Of a stretch of 64,000 nucleotides of DNA, positions 26,348-35,653 are shown in pieces. The position numbers and the translations under genes are program-made. The DNA comes from Rickettsiales bacterium (GTDB lineage Bacteria; Pseudomonadota; Alphaproteobacteria; Rickettsiales; UBA1997), in NCBI GenBank assembly GCA_038123275.1, contig JAYORG010000003.1, positions 4,956 through 68,955 of the forward strand. Reading direction: 5' to 3'. Below the pieces are notes generated by a model that saw only the letters and a list, made by a program, of their open reading frames with translations, was not told the DNA's origin and did no database searches. Numbering within the stretch: position 1 is the stretch's first letter; the number at the start of each line of letters is the position of its first letter.

Positions 26348-27352
26348 ATGAGTTTTTTCAAAGGTAAAAAAGTTTTAGTTACTGGTGGCACTGGGTTAAT
26401 TGGTCGCCCATTAGTTGATATGCTTATAGAGCAAGAGGCTGATGTTACGGTGGCTTCCTTAGATGACCCATCTCGTGCTCCTGATGGGGTTAAGTTTCAA
26501 AGGTTAGATTTAAGAGAATTTTCTTCTTGTATGAAGGTTTGTGAAGGACAGGAAATAGTATTTCAATTAGCTGGGGTTAAAGGATCTCCAGCCATGACGG
26601 CTAAAAAACCTGCAAGCTTTTTAGTTCCTACTGTAACCTTTAGTTTTAATATGATGGAAGCTGCTAGAAGAAGTGGAGTAGAAAGGTTTTTATTTACGTC
26701 TTCGGTTGGAGTTTATCAGCCGGCTGAAGTTTTTTATGAAGATAGCGTGTGGACAACCTTCCCCTCCCCTAATGATAGATTTGCTGGATGGGCAAAAAGG
26801 TTGTGTGAATTACAGGCTGAAAGTTATAAAATAGAACATAATTGGGATAAAATATCGATTGTAAGGCCAGCTAATGTTTATGGTCCTTTTGATAATTTTG
26901 ATCCTGAAAATGCTATGGTAATTCCATCTTTAATTCATAGAGTTTTGAGTGGAGAAAATCCTCTTACTGTATGGGGAGATGGTGCACCAATTAGAGATTT
27001 TATTCATGCAAAAGATGTTGCTCGTGGTATGTTATTAGCCGTAGAAAAAGGAATTAATGAGCCAATTAACCTTGGTAGCGGTAAAGGAATAACGATTAAG
27101 GAAGTTGCTCAAGCTGTGGCTAATAATGTTCCTGATGGACCAATTTCAATAACATGGGATACTTCTAAACCTAAAGGAGATGCTAAGAGATTAATGGATA
27201 TGAGTAGAGCAAAATCTTATGGCTTTGAATGTGAAATTTCTATTGAGCAAGGTATAAAGGAGACTATTGATTGGTATCTTAACAATAAAGATCAATTAAC
27301 AAATCGATATAATTCTTTTACTGAGGAAATAAAGATTGTTAAAAATAACTAA
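26348..27352 (+). CDS. NAD(P)-dependent sugar-nucleotide epimerase/dehydratase (extended SDR); paralogue of 36285-37244
   Basis: Motifs VTGGTGLIGRPLV, FAGWAKRLCE and RPANVYGPFDNF; 334 aa. Confidence 0.75.
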   Translation: MSFFKGKKVLVTGGTGLIGRPLVDMLIEQEADVTVASLDDPSRAPDGVKFQRLDLREFSSCMKVCEGQEIVFQLAGVKGSPAMTAKKPASFLVPTVTFSFNMMEAARRSGVERFLFTSSVGVYQPAEVFYEDSVWTTFPSPNDRFAGWAKRLCELQAESYKIEHNWDKISIVRPANVYGPFDNFDPENAMVIPSLIHRVLSGENPLTVWGDGAPIRDFIHAKDVARGMLLAVEKGINEPINLGSGKGITIKEVAQAVANNVPDGPISITWDTSKPKGDAKRLMDMSRAKSYGFECEISIEQGIKETIDWYLNNKDQLTNRYNSFTEEIKIVKNN

Positions 27353-27397
27353 TAAAGTTGTTTAAACAGCTATAAATAATAATAACTATTATAATTT

Positions 27398-28006
27398 ATG
27401 AAAAGTGAAGTATCTTATTACAATGAAAATGGTTATGTTATATTAGATAATTTTTTACCAGAAGATACAGCTATTGAGTTAAATAAAATATTTAAATCTC
27501 AAGAAAAATGGGAAAAAATTGATCAAGTAAGAGATGGTCATTATAATCATGTTTTTTCAACAAAATCACCTTTTTTGCCAAAAGGAGATGAATCTTATAT
27601 GGCAAAATTTGCTAGAGCTCAAGAATTAGAAAAACAAGAAAGAGTTAATAAAATATATGATCAATATTTTAAACCAAAGTTAAAGGAATTTTCGGGGGTA
27701 GATCTGCAAGAATTTGATGTTAGATGCTATAAGTTACAACAAGGTGATTTTTATAGAACTCATATTGACGATTATGCTGGTTCTATTGGTTGTGTATACT
27801 ATATTAATCAAAAATGGGTTTTTGATTGGGGCGGATTGCTTCACATTGCATTTGATAATAATATAGATCATGTAGAAACAGTTTTTCCTAAATTTAATAG
27901 AGCTATATTCTTGGATCATAAAAAATTTAAATTTCCTCATTTTGTCAGTGCTATTAGTCAATTTGCAAAAGAGTCTAGGTATTCTATTGTGTCTTTTAAT
28001 GGATAA
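27398..28006 (+). CDS. Fe(II)/2-oxoglutarate oxygenase-like protein; paralogue of 33242-33892
   Basis: A candidate HxD...H triad (RTHIDD ... FPHFV) in a ~200-aa double-stranded beta-helix-sized protein. Confidence 0.5.
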   Translation: MKSEVSYYNENGYVILDNFLPEDTAIELNKIFKSQEKWEKIDQVRDGHYNHVFSTKSPFLPKGDESYMAKFARAQELEKQERVNKIYDQYFKPKLKEFSGVDLQEFDVRCYKLQQGDFYRTHIDDYAGSIGCVYYINQKWVFDWGGLLHIAFDNNIDHVETVFPKFNRAIFLDHKKFKFPHFVSAISQFAKESRYSIVSFNG

Positions 28007-28016
28007 GTAATAAGTT

Positions 28017-28910
28017 ATGAAAACAAATAAAGAAGTTATAAAACAAAATATAAATGACCTTTTAGAAGAAGATAAGGTCGTGTTTATGAAAAATGAATTT
28101 GAAAAAGAATCTTTTTTTGAAAAGTTATATGGCAATCAGTCACAAGTGAAATTGCAATGTAATGAGTTTTATAAAAGATTTCATGAAAAAATTAAGGATT
28201 TGCTAGTTGCAAAAGGCATAGTTAGCAAGGTGGATTTTCCTCTAGAAGAGTTGCATTTAAATATTCCTAGTGAGTTGAGGGAATATAATTTTAATGACGG
28301 GGTTAATAAGATTAGTACTTTTTTCTATGAAAATGATCAAGATTTTCAAGATATATATTTAGATTTTGTTAAGAATTTTTTAAAGAAGGAGTTTGATTTT
28401 CCATTTTATTTTCAAAAAACTCCCACTATAAGGCTTCATTGTCCAAATGCTAAGAATTCCAGTCATTATCCCAGGTACCATACTGATATTGGTTATGGAC
28501 ACCCTCCTCAGGAAATAAATTTTTGGTTTTCTTTAACAAAGCCAGTTGGAAATCAAGAGCATGGTTTTAGGTTGGCAAATATAAAAGATTCTTTGGCAAT
28601 TTACAGAAAATATGATTATAATTTTAATAATCTCATAAGAGATGCTATAAATGATGATAGCTTTACCAAAAATTGTAATAATATCTCTCCTCAATCTGAT
28701 ACTAAGGAGGGAGAAATACTAGTTTTTGATTCTAGATGCATACATACAGGAGAGCCAATGGTAGAGCACACTAGAATATCAATGGATATTCGTATTATTT
28801 CAGTTGAGGAATATAATAAAATACCTATAATTTATCAAGGAGCTGGTAGGAGAAAAATTTTATTTGCTCCTGGCGATTGCTATCATGAATTAAATTCTAA
28901 TCAATTATAA
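28017..28910 (+). CDS. Fe(II)/2-oxoglutarate oxygenase-like protein (PhyH-like)
   Basis: A candidate triad YHTD ... CIHTG, followed by R-x-S (HTRISMD). Confidence 0.45.
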   Translation: MKTNKEVIKQNINDLLEEDKVVFMKNEFEKESFFEKLYGNQSQVKLQCNEFYKRFHEKIKDLLVAKGIVSKVDFPLEELHLNIPSELREYNFNDGVNKISTFFYENDQDFQDIYLDFVKNFLKKEFDFPFYFQKTPTIRLHCPNAKNSSHYPRYHTDIGYGHPPQEINFWFSLTKPVGNQEHGFRLANIKDSLAIYRKYDYNFNNLIRDAINDDSFTKNCNNISPQSDTKEGEILVFDSRCIHTGEPMVEHTRISMDIRIISVEEYNKIPIIYQGAGRRKILFAPGDCYHELNSNQL

Positions 28911-28912
28911 TA

Positions 28913-29749
28913 ATGTCATACAAGAATATATTAAGTACTATTTCATCAAATGAGCCGATTTTTAATGTTGAATATGCAATATTAAGTGCTCCTGTAAGAC
29001 ACTGTTTTATTATTGGTACAATTTGGTATTTAAAGAAAAATAATGCAAAATTAAAGGATATTAATATCCTAGAAATAGGCTCTTGGTTTGGAGCTTCTAC
29101 CCTTTCTTTTGCTCAAGGTTTAGAAACACATAATAATGCAAATGGAAGTATTACATGTGTTGATGCTTGGGAGCCTTTTTTTGATGAATCAAAAAATACA
29201 AATGATGTTCATAAAAATATGCAGGCCATGTTAGGGGCTGATATTGCTTATAATGTTTTTCTTCACAATGTTAATACAATTAAAAACTCAATATTATGCC
29301 AACATTTAAAAGGCAAAAGTGACAATATAATGCCAATGTTAAAAAAGGATCAATTTGATGTTATATTTATTGATGCAGATCATACATATCAGCCGGTAAA
29401 AAGGGATATATTAAATGCAATTCCATTAATTAAAGATGGAGGTATAATATGTGGAGATGATCTAAATTTACAGATGTTTGAATGTGATCAAAATTTAGCA
29501 AAAGAATCTGCTGATAAAGATTTTATAAAAGATATTAAAACAGGAAAGAACTTTCACCCTGGTGTTACTTTGGCGGTTGATGAAATTTTCGGCAAAGTTT
29601 CATCTTGGGGTGGATTTTGGGCTATACAAAAACAAGGAGATAATTGGATAGCTCCATCTTATAAAGATATGCCAATATCTTACCCAAATCATTTTCCAGA
29701 AAATAAAATTGCAGAAGCAAAAGATCATATGAATGATATAAATATTTAA
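28913..29749 (+). CDS. class I SAM-dependent methyltransferase
   Basis: Motif I ILEIGSWFGAST and FIDADHTYQPVKRDI...DGGIICGDD, typical of O-methyltransferase/Methyltransf_24-type proteins. Confidence 0.6.
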   Translation: MSYKNILSTISSNEPIFNVEYAILSAPVRHCFIIGTIWYLKKNNAKLKDINILEIGSWFGASTLSFAQGLETHNNANGSITCVDAWEPFFDESKNTNDVHKNMQAMLGADIAYNVFLHNVNTIKNSILCQHLKGKSDNIMPMLKKDQFDVIFIDADHTYQPVKRDILNAIPLIKDGGIICGDDLNLQMFECDQNLAKESADKDFIKDIKTGKNFHPGVTLAVDEIFGKVSSWGGFWAIQKQGDNWIAPSYKDMPISYPNHFPENKIAEAKDHMNDINI

Positions 29750-29751
29750 CT

Positions 29752-30978
29752 ATGCTTTGTTCAATACATCTTAATAGTAACAGACCTAAAGCTATAAGAG
29801 ATTTTATTAAAAATATTGAAGATACATCATCAAAGCCATCAGATATAGAGGTTATAATTAACATTGATACAGCAGATAGCGCTTGCAAGAAAGTTATAGA
29901 GGGTTTACAAAGTAAAACAAAAGTTAATTTAAAGTATATTCAAACTGATATAATTAAATGCTATAAAGATTTATGGAAACCTCTTAATGAAATATTAAAA
30001 CTTACAAATTCAAAAGCATATTTTGTAACAAATTTTAGTGATGAATTTCGCTTTGAAACTGTGGGCTGGGATAATATTTTAAGGAAATATATTAATTATT
30101 ATGATGATGATATATTTAGAATTAGATTATCAAAATATAGATATTATAATTATAGAGATTATTGGGAGTGTATTTTTGCTCCTGATAGTTTGGCATTTTA
30201 TACTAAAAGATGGATGGATATAGTTGGACAGTGGTGTCCATGTCTTGGGCCAGATAGTTGGCATCAATCTGTGTCTTATTATTTAATAACAGCAAAAAAA
30301 TTTAATCATACACAATATAACAGAGATATAATTGATCCTTTTATAAAATTTAGTGGAGAAGGAGCAAGTTTAGGATTAAAAGGAGATGCTTTAAAGAAAA
30401 GAATTAGAGATAATATTAGCTTATGGTTTGATACGGTATCTCATGAGATGCAAGAAAAAGCTAGTTATGCTGCAGCAAAGTTACAGGCTAATATAATATT
30501 ACACAATTTAAAGGATAAACAAAAAATAAGTAATGGCTTTTCATCTACATCTAAACCATTAATATTTAATAATAAAGATTTTAATAAAATTTCTTATGAA
30601 AATAATAAACAAAAAAAGAGGATAGAATTTTATTATCAGAATGAACTAATTTATAAAATAGACTATAAATTAAATAAATTAAAATTATTTTTTTTAAATA
30701 ATATCAGGAAGTTAGATTATTTTTACTATGCTGGAGGTGAAGATAGTAATCTTATTGTAAAAAGGATTATAAAAAATTTTGTTAAGTATTTAAGATTAAG
30801 ATATAATATTCTATCAGTCGTAATACCTAAGAAGCCAGAATTTTTAAAACGAAATATTCTTAGTATGTTATGGCCCATTGCAAAGATTATGCTAATATTT
30901 ATAAATATTAGTATTACTACAGTAAGAGGTTCTTTATGTGAATTTTTAAAATTTGTTAGAATATTTAGGAAATTATAA
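29752..30978 (+). CDS. GT-A-like putative glycosyltransferase with a hydrophobic C-terminus; paralogue of 32136-33239
   Basis: The N-terminal SIHLNSNRP...IEVIINID pattern is GT2-like. The conserved block FRIRLSKYRYYNYRDYWECIFAP is shared with the paralogue. Confidence 0.35.
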   Translation: MLCSIHLNSNRPKAIRDFIKNIEDTSSKPSDIEVIINIDTADSACKKVIEGLQSKTKVNLKYIQTDIIKCYKDLWKPLNEILKLTNSKAYFVTNFSDEFRFETVGWDNILRKYINYYDDDIFRIRLSKYRYYNYRDYWECIFAPDSLAFYTKRWMDIVGQWCPCLGPDSWHQSVSYYLITAKKFNHTQYNRDIIDPFIKFSGEGASLGLKGDALKKRIRDNISLWFDTVSHEMQEKASYAAAKLQANIILHNLKDKQKISNGFSSTSKPLIFNNKDFNKISYENNKQKKRIEFYYQNELIYKIDYKLNKLKLFFLNNIRKLDYFYYAGGEDSNLIVKRIIKNFVKYLRLRYNILSVVIPKKPEFLKRNILSMLWPIAKIMLIFINISITTVRGSLCEFLKFVRIFRKL

Positions 30979-31050
30979 ATCCTGATTTTTATCAAAATTA
31001 TTAAGTTATCTCTTTATACTCTGATGTGTCAGTCTTTTTCAGACAGTTAC

Positions 31051-31079
31051 TTTAAGGAAATATTAAAGATTTCTTTAAA
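31051..31079 (+). terminator. candidate intrinsic terminator for the + strand gene block
   Basis: tttaaggaaat / atttctttaaa form an 11-bp stem (one G-U) with a 7-nt loop, followed by the T-rich tatttgttttcttctt. It lies in the 216-nt convergent spacer. The stem is AU-rich, so the call is weak. Confidence 0.25.
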
Positions 31080-31194
31080 TATTTGTTTTCTTCTTAAAAT
31101 TTGACCATTTCTCTATCTTTCTTTTTAAGATTATTTTGGCACCCTTTTTTACTTATTTCAATAACTTTTTTATAGGTTTAAATAATTAAATCAA

Positions 31195-32127
31195 TTAGAT
31201 ATCACTACCAGTTGACTTATCTGGCATTGAAAATAATATATCTTTTTCCAATAAATATCCAAATTGCATAAATTTGTCTTTGATTTTTTTAATATCCATT
31301 TCATCAAAACTATTTTTGTTGTAACTGGATCCATTATTCCTTATATGTGAAGTATTATTTGTCTTTTGATCATTTGCCAAGGATCTTCCAAGTTTTTTCT
31401 CAAGTATCTTAACTTGATCTGGTGAGCAGCTTTTTACTGCATCTTTAATTATATTTTTAACATTTTTATTTTTATAGCCTTCTATTTTAAGGAAAGATAT
31501 AATATTGTAAAAATTTTTTTCTGGATCTTTAATTAGGTCCTCGTAGCTTATAAATAATACTTGTTTTGAGTATAGATCACCTATATATCTAAAACTATGA
31601 AAATGCTTTATGTATGAATCTAAGGCTGAAACATTAAATACATACTCTTTAAAATTGCGAACTTTCAATCTATGATTTTTGTCTTTGTGATTTTTGCAAT
31701 GATTAAATGCTGATATAAATTGATCTAATGGAGTTCTATAAACATAAACTATTTTTGCTTTATGACAAGTGGATGGATTAAGTCTGTCAAGATAGTCGGA
31801 TAAATAATTCTCCATCCAATTAAAGCCAAAGTTCCAAAAACTTAACTTATCCCATTTTTGTTTCAAAGGATCATCTATTATGTCTTTATAGCCAGGACAT
31901 GCTGTATGACCAACAAATAATATTAAATTTTTAAAGTTGTATTTATTTTTATCATTTTGCAATTGTAAGCCTTCAATATTGGCATTTCCTTTAGGGTTTT
32001 TTAAAATCTGACCATAGGTATATAGAAAATTTTGTATGTACCAAGTACCAGATTTTGGAATTGTTGATATAAGTCCACATCTTTTTTTAAAAAGATTTTT
32101 TAGCCTTTTAGGATAATTGTTTAACAT
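31195..32127 (-). CDS. PAPS-dependent sulfotransferase
   Basis: A 5'-PSB-like motif IPKSGTWY and a 3'-PB-like motif VYRTPLDQFISAF; 310 aa. Confidence 0.7.
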   Translation of the reverse strand: MLNNYPKRLKNLFKKRCGLISTIPKSGTWYIQNFLYTYGQILKNPKGNANIEGLQLQNDKNKYNFKNLILFVGHTACPGYKDIIDDPLKQKWDKLSFWNFGFNWMENYLSDYLDRLNPSTCHKAKIVYVYRTPLDQFISAFNHCKNHKDKNHRLKVRNFKEYVFNVSALDSYIKHFHSFRYIGDLYSKQVLFISYEDLIKDPEKNFYNIISFLKIEGYKNKNVKNIIKDAVKSCSPDQVKILEKKLGRSLANDQKTNNTSHIRNNGSSYNKNSFDEMDIKKIKDKFMQFGYLLEKDILFSMPDKSTGSDI

Positions 32128-32135
32128 TATATATA

Positions 32136-33239
32136 TTAATTGTTGAGTGTATTGTTTTTTTTAAAAAGATACTCTTTTGATATTTCTAAAATAGCAAAAA
32201 ATAAGCCTTGTTTGTTGTAATAATCATTAATGTTTTTTAATCTTTTATAACGATGAGATAGATAGTGTGTGATATTAAAGAATGTTTTATGAGAGTTATA
32301 TCCAAAACCTCCTCCAGTATAGTTTAAATAATTAAATTTTCTATAGAAATTTGTCCAAAATATTTTAAAGGAATTAATTTTGTATGAGATATTATATGTC
32401 TTATTTTTTTTATTTTTTATTAGGAGTATATTAGATCTATTATAAGTTACTTTACTAAAGATTTCTGGATTTTTATTCATAATAATATGAGCTACAAGTA
32501 GCATAGCTCTTCTTTTAGATTCTTTTTGCATTTTTGATGAAGTTAATACATTCCAAGCAAAAATTTGACCTCTAATTCTCTTATATTGTTCTTCTTTATT
32601 TTTTCTTTCTGGAGAATCACCTGAGAATAATATGCTATCTATAGCTATATCTCTATTAAATTGATGTGCATTAAAACTATTATAAGTAAATAAATAATAT
32701 GCTATACATTGCTGAAATGCATCGTGAGAAAAGCAAGGACTCCAATTTCCAGTAATTTTTAACCACTTTGTGCTTACAAAAAAGATATTTGCTGGAGCAA
32801 AACAACACTCCCAATAATCTATATAGTTTCTATATTTAAACTCTGAGAATTTTATTCTAAAAATGTTATCAGGAAACATTCCTATATAATTTTTTAGAAT
32901 TTTATCCCAATACTTAGTTTTTATCAAAACTCTATCTCCAAAGGCAGCAGCAAAATAAGCATTTTTATCTATTACTTCTAACATACTATTATTTCCTTTA
33001 TGTCCATCAAAGTATCCACCTTTATACTTCTTGATATATTTTAGTTGGAATTTTCTTAACTTTTGTTCTTTTTTAATTATTTTTTCTAATTTATTTTCAT
33101 TATGATCAATGTTTACAATTATCTCAAAAGAACTTGGATCGTAGGCATTTTTTTCATATGAATCAAAAAATCTAAGCAAATTTTCTGATCTATTAGAATT
33201 AACTTGTATTGAAATTAATACTTTTGATTTTTTAATCAT
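32136..33239 (-). CDS. GT-A-like putative glycosyltransferase; paralogue of 29752-30978
   Basis: ISIQVNSNRS...FEIIVNID and the shared block FRIKFSEFKYRNYIDYWECCFAP. Confidence 0.35.
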   Translation of the reverse strand: MIKKSKVLISIQVNSNRSENLLRFFDSYEKNAYDPSSFEIIVNIDHNENKLEKIIKKEQKLRKFQLKYIKKYKGGYFDGHKGNNSMLEVIDKNAYFAAAFGDRVLIKTKYWDKILKNYIGMFPDNIFRIKFSEFKYRNYIDYWECCFAPANIFFVSTKWLKITGNWSPCFSHDAFQQCIAYYLFTYNSFNAHQFNRDIAIDSILFSGDSPERKNKEEQYKRIRGQIFAWNVLTSSKMQKESKRRAMLLVAHIIMNKNPEIFSKVTYNRSNILLIKNKKNKTYNISYKINSFKIFWTNFYRKFNYLNYTGGGFGYNSHKTFFNITHYLSHRYKRLKNINDYYNKQGLFFAILEISKEYLFKKNNTLNN

Positions 33240-33241
33240 AA

Positions 33242-33892
33242 TTATCTCAAATCACTATTTATCATTTTTCTATCACAGCTCAAAAATGAGGCTACACAAT
33301 ATCTCTCATTTTTTGCAAATTTCAATACAGGGGTTACGCTATGAGGACATCTTTTTTGATGATTCAATAAAATTAAACGATTATGTTTTGGTAATATGGC
33401 TTTCATTTCTTCTGATTCAGTAGTTTTACCTATAAGCAATAATCCTCCCCAGTCCCATACCCATCTGTCACAAAGATAATATAAAATGCCAATGTCCACT
33501 CTATTGACCTCACCCCTTAGATCATCAGTGTGTGTACGAGAAAAATCACCCTCTTTATATTTTAGGATGTAAGTAGTATCTTTTAGGACTTTAGAGTTAA
33601 ATTCCTTTTCAATCTTTGATAGAAATATTGATTTATAAATATTTCTCCATTCTTCATTTTTTTCTAAAATATCAGCTCTTTTTGTTTTTTGGTAATAGAT
33701 TTCATCTTCATTTGGCAAAAAATCTGAAGTAGAATAAAAAGGACCATCTTTTCCGTAGTGACGCCTTTCTTGATCTACTTGTCTCCAAATTTTTTGATTT
33801 TTAAATTTATTAAAAATTGATTGAGCAGTGTCTTTTGGTAAGAAATTATCTATAATACAATAGCCTTTTGTGTGAAAATCATTAATATTCAT
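33242..33892 (-). CDS. Fe(II)/2-oxoglutarate oxygenase-like protein; paralogue of 27398-28006
   Basis: A candidate triad RTHTDD ... CPHSV. The start is placed at the ATG (MNINDFHTKGY) that overlaps the upstream TAA by 1 nt; the longer ORF-track version overlaps 82 nt of the upstream gene. Confidence 0.5.
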   Translation of the reverse strand: MNINDFHTKGYCIIDNFLPKDTAQSIFNKFKNQKIWRQVDQERRHYGKDGPFYSTSDFLPNEDEIYYQKTKRADILEKNEEWRNIYKSIFLSKIEKEFNSKVLKDTTYILKYKEGDFSRTHTDDLRGEVNRVDIGILYYLCDRWVWDWGGLLLIGKTTESEEMKAILPKHNRLILLNHQKRCPHSVTPVLKFAKNERYCVASFLSCDRKMINSDLR

Positions 33893-34665
33893 TATATTTT
33901 TATCTCTTGACGTTTTGCATTTTTTCCTACAATAAAATCTTCTCCCTTTGATATATAGCAACATGAAAACCAAGGTCTAGACCTATCAGAGTTATTGGAA
34001 TATGATCCATGTATACAATTGCCATTTAAGAACACTACAGAACTTTTTGGAATTATAATATCTGTTTTTTTATCTATAAATTCTTTTGGTATTTTACATT
34101 CACTACCTGGATTAGTTCCAGCTTTCTCTCGAAAACTAACATTATCTTGAGCTGGAAGCAATCCTAGTTTATGTGTTCCAGGGTAGCAATATATGGTGCC
34201 ATTTTCTACATCAGCATCTCTTAGAAACCAATTCATGGTTATGTATTTTCCATTTTTATTTTGTGGATAGTAATTATCTTGATGAGGCCTCCATGCTTGA
34301 GAGCAATAAGAGGAATATGCTTCTTTAAAAATAAATTGTGAGCTTAATCCTACAACGTTTTCATTTTGTAATGTTTTTAATATATGGGATACTTTGGGAT
34401 TTTTTAAAATATTTAATGCAAAAGTTGAAGTTTCTCTAATTTCTTCTTTTGTAATATTAGATTTAGGTCTTTCATCCTGATTTTCAAGTTCATCATATCT
34501 ATCAGGATTAACAATTGCAGCAAAATCTTTATTTGCATGTCTTCTTATATATCCATTAAATAAGTCAGCTTCTTCATGGGAAAAAACTTCTGGAATGACA
34601 ACATAACCATCATTATTATATTTATCTATATATTCTTGTTTTAAGTTAAAAGGTTTGATATTCAT
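33892..34665 (-). CDS. phytanoyl-CoA dioxygenase (PhyH)-family Fe(II)/2OG oxygenase
   Basis: WRPHQDNYY (HxD) ... NGNCIHGSYSN (distal His) ... RSR; 257 aa. Confidence 0.6.
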   Translation of the reverse strand: MNIKPFNLKQEYIDKYNNDGYVVIPEVFSHEEADLFNGYIRRHANKDFAAIVNPDRYDELENQDERPKSNITKEEIRETSTFALNILKNPKVSHILKTLQNENVVGLSSQFIFKEAYSSYCSQAWRPHQDNYYPQNKNGKYITMNWFLRDADVENGTIYCYPGTHKLGLLPAQDNVSFREKAGTNPGSECKIPKEFIDKKTDIIIPKSSVVFLNGNCIHGSYSNNSDRSRPWFSCCYISKGEDFIVGKNAKRQEIKI

Positions 34666-34706
34666 ACTTATTCTTGTTTTAAGTTAAAAGGTTTAATATT
34701 CACACT
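34631..34706. repeat. 38-bp tandem direct repeat (2 copies, 36/38 identical) spanning the start of the PhyH-like gene and the whole upstream spacer
   Basis: Copy 1 (34631-34668) is tattcttgttttaagttaaaaggtttgatattcatact. Copy 2 (34669-34706) is tattcttgttttaagttaaaaggtttaatattcacact. Confidence 0.95.
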
Positions 34707-35647
34707 TATTTTATCTTTTTTTTATACCAATTAATCGTTTTGCTTATACCCTCTTCTAAACTTACCTTTGGACTCCAATTAAACTTATTTGAGGCTTGAC
34801 CACTATCAATTTTAACACTAACCTTCCTTGTTGGCTTAGTTAGGTCATAGTTAATTTTTAAATTTTTTCCAGAAATTTTAATTATGTTTTTAACTAGATC
34901 TTTAATTGATGTAGATGATGAGCTTCCCAGATTGATTAATTCAAAAGGAGTATTTTGTTTATTGAGTACATTTTCAATAAAATTAGTTAAATCTTTGATA
35001 TATAAGAAATCTTTAGTTTCAGAACCATCTCCCCAGACTGAAATTTCATTGTTAGCTTGCATGACTTTTGTTATAGTAGCAGCAAATACATGGCTTTTTT
35101 CTAGTTGAAACTTATCGTAAGGTCCATAGATATTAGATTGTCTAATTACTGTAAATTTTGTATTGCCAATTTTTGAGTAGAATCTACACATATTTTCATT
35201 AAAAACTTTCATATTTCCTCCCCCATAATATGTAGAGTTTTCATCTATTGTGCCTGCAAAATCTTCTTCTTTAAGTAGCTTTTTAGATGGTTGATACATT
35301 ACCGTGCAGCTAGGAAATATAAAATGTTTAACTTTTTGTTCAAAGGCTTCTCTCATTAAAAGAGCATTCATTACAACATTATCAGTTACATGTAAATAAG
35401 GTTTTTCTATAGCATCCTTAATTCCGGTTGAAACAGCAGCATATTGTAATATTGCGTCTACTCCCTTTACAATATCTTTGACAAATTCTTTATTTGTAAG
35501 GTCTCCTTGGATATATTCAATATTTTTATTATTTTTTGTATCTTCTATTTTTAGATCCACAGCTCTAACATCAAAGCTTTTAGAGAAATGTTCTACCAAG
35601 TTTTTTCCAATGAAGCCACTTGCTCCACAAATTAATATTTTTTTCAT
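34706..35647 (-). CDS. NAD(P)-dependent sugar-nucleotide epimerase/reductase (extended SDR); paralogue of 25325-26323
   Basis: ICGASGFIGKN; aligns by eye along its full length with the 25325 protein at roughly half identity. Confidence 0.75.
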   Translation of the reverse strand: MKKILICGASGFIGKNLVEHFSKSFDVRAVDLKIEDTKNNKNIEYIQGDLTNKEFVKDIVKGVDAILQYAAVSTGIKDAIEKPYLHVTDNVVMNALLMREAFEQKVKHFIFPSCTVMYQPSKKLLKEEDFAGTIDENSTYYGGGNMKVFNENMCRFYSKIGNTKFTVIRQSNIYGPYDKFQLEKSHVFAATITKVMQANNEISVWGDGSETKDFLYIKDLTNFIENVLNKQNTPFELINLGSSSSTSIKDLVKNIIKISGKNLKINYDLTKPTRKVSVKIDSGQASNKFNWSPKVSLEEGISKTINWYKKKIK

Positions 35648-35653
35648 AATTAT

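Noticed and set aside
26020-26391. A 123-aa minus-strand ORF spanning the junction of the two + strand SDR genes. Comparable cases are 27734-28135 (133 aa), 38108-38521 (137 aa), 16461-16745, 29622-29888 and 30726-30995.
   Set aside because: They are antisense to well-supported genes and have hydrophobic low-complexity shadow-frame composition. Nothing indicates real coding potential.
26400-26520. A locally elevated GC patch (about 40-47% in the two 60-nt windows I counted by hand) at the start of the SDR-B gene, considered as a sign of recent foreign origin.
   Set aside because: The equivalent region of its paralogue (about 37141-37200) counts about 38%, and other conserved enzyme cores also look GC-enriched relative to the spacers. 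This reflects amino-acid constraint, not a clear compositional island.
30979-31194. The 216-nt convergent spacer between the two paralogous cassettes, inspected for a gene relic, an att-like site or a mobile-element end.
   Set aside because: It contains only an AU-rich hairpin (listed as a weak terminator) and T-rich tracts. I could not recognise a remnant ORF or repeats matching other parts of the window by eye. A computational self-comparison would be needed to exclude these.
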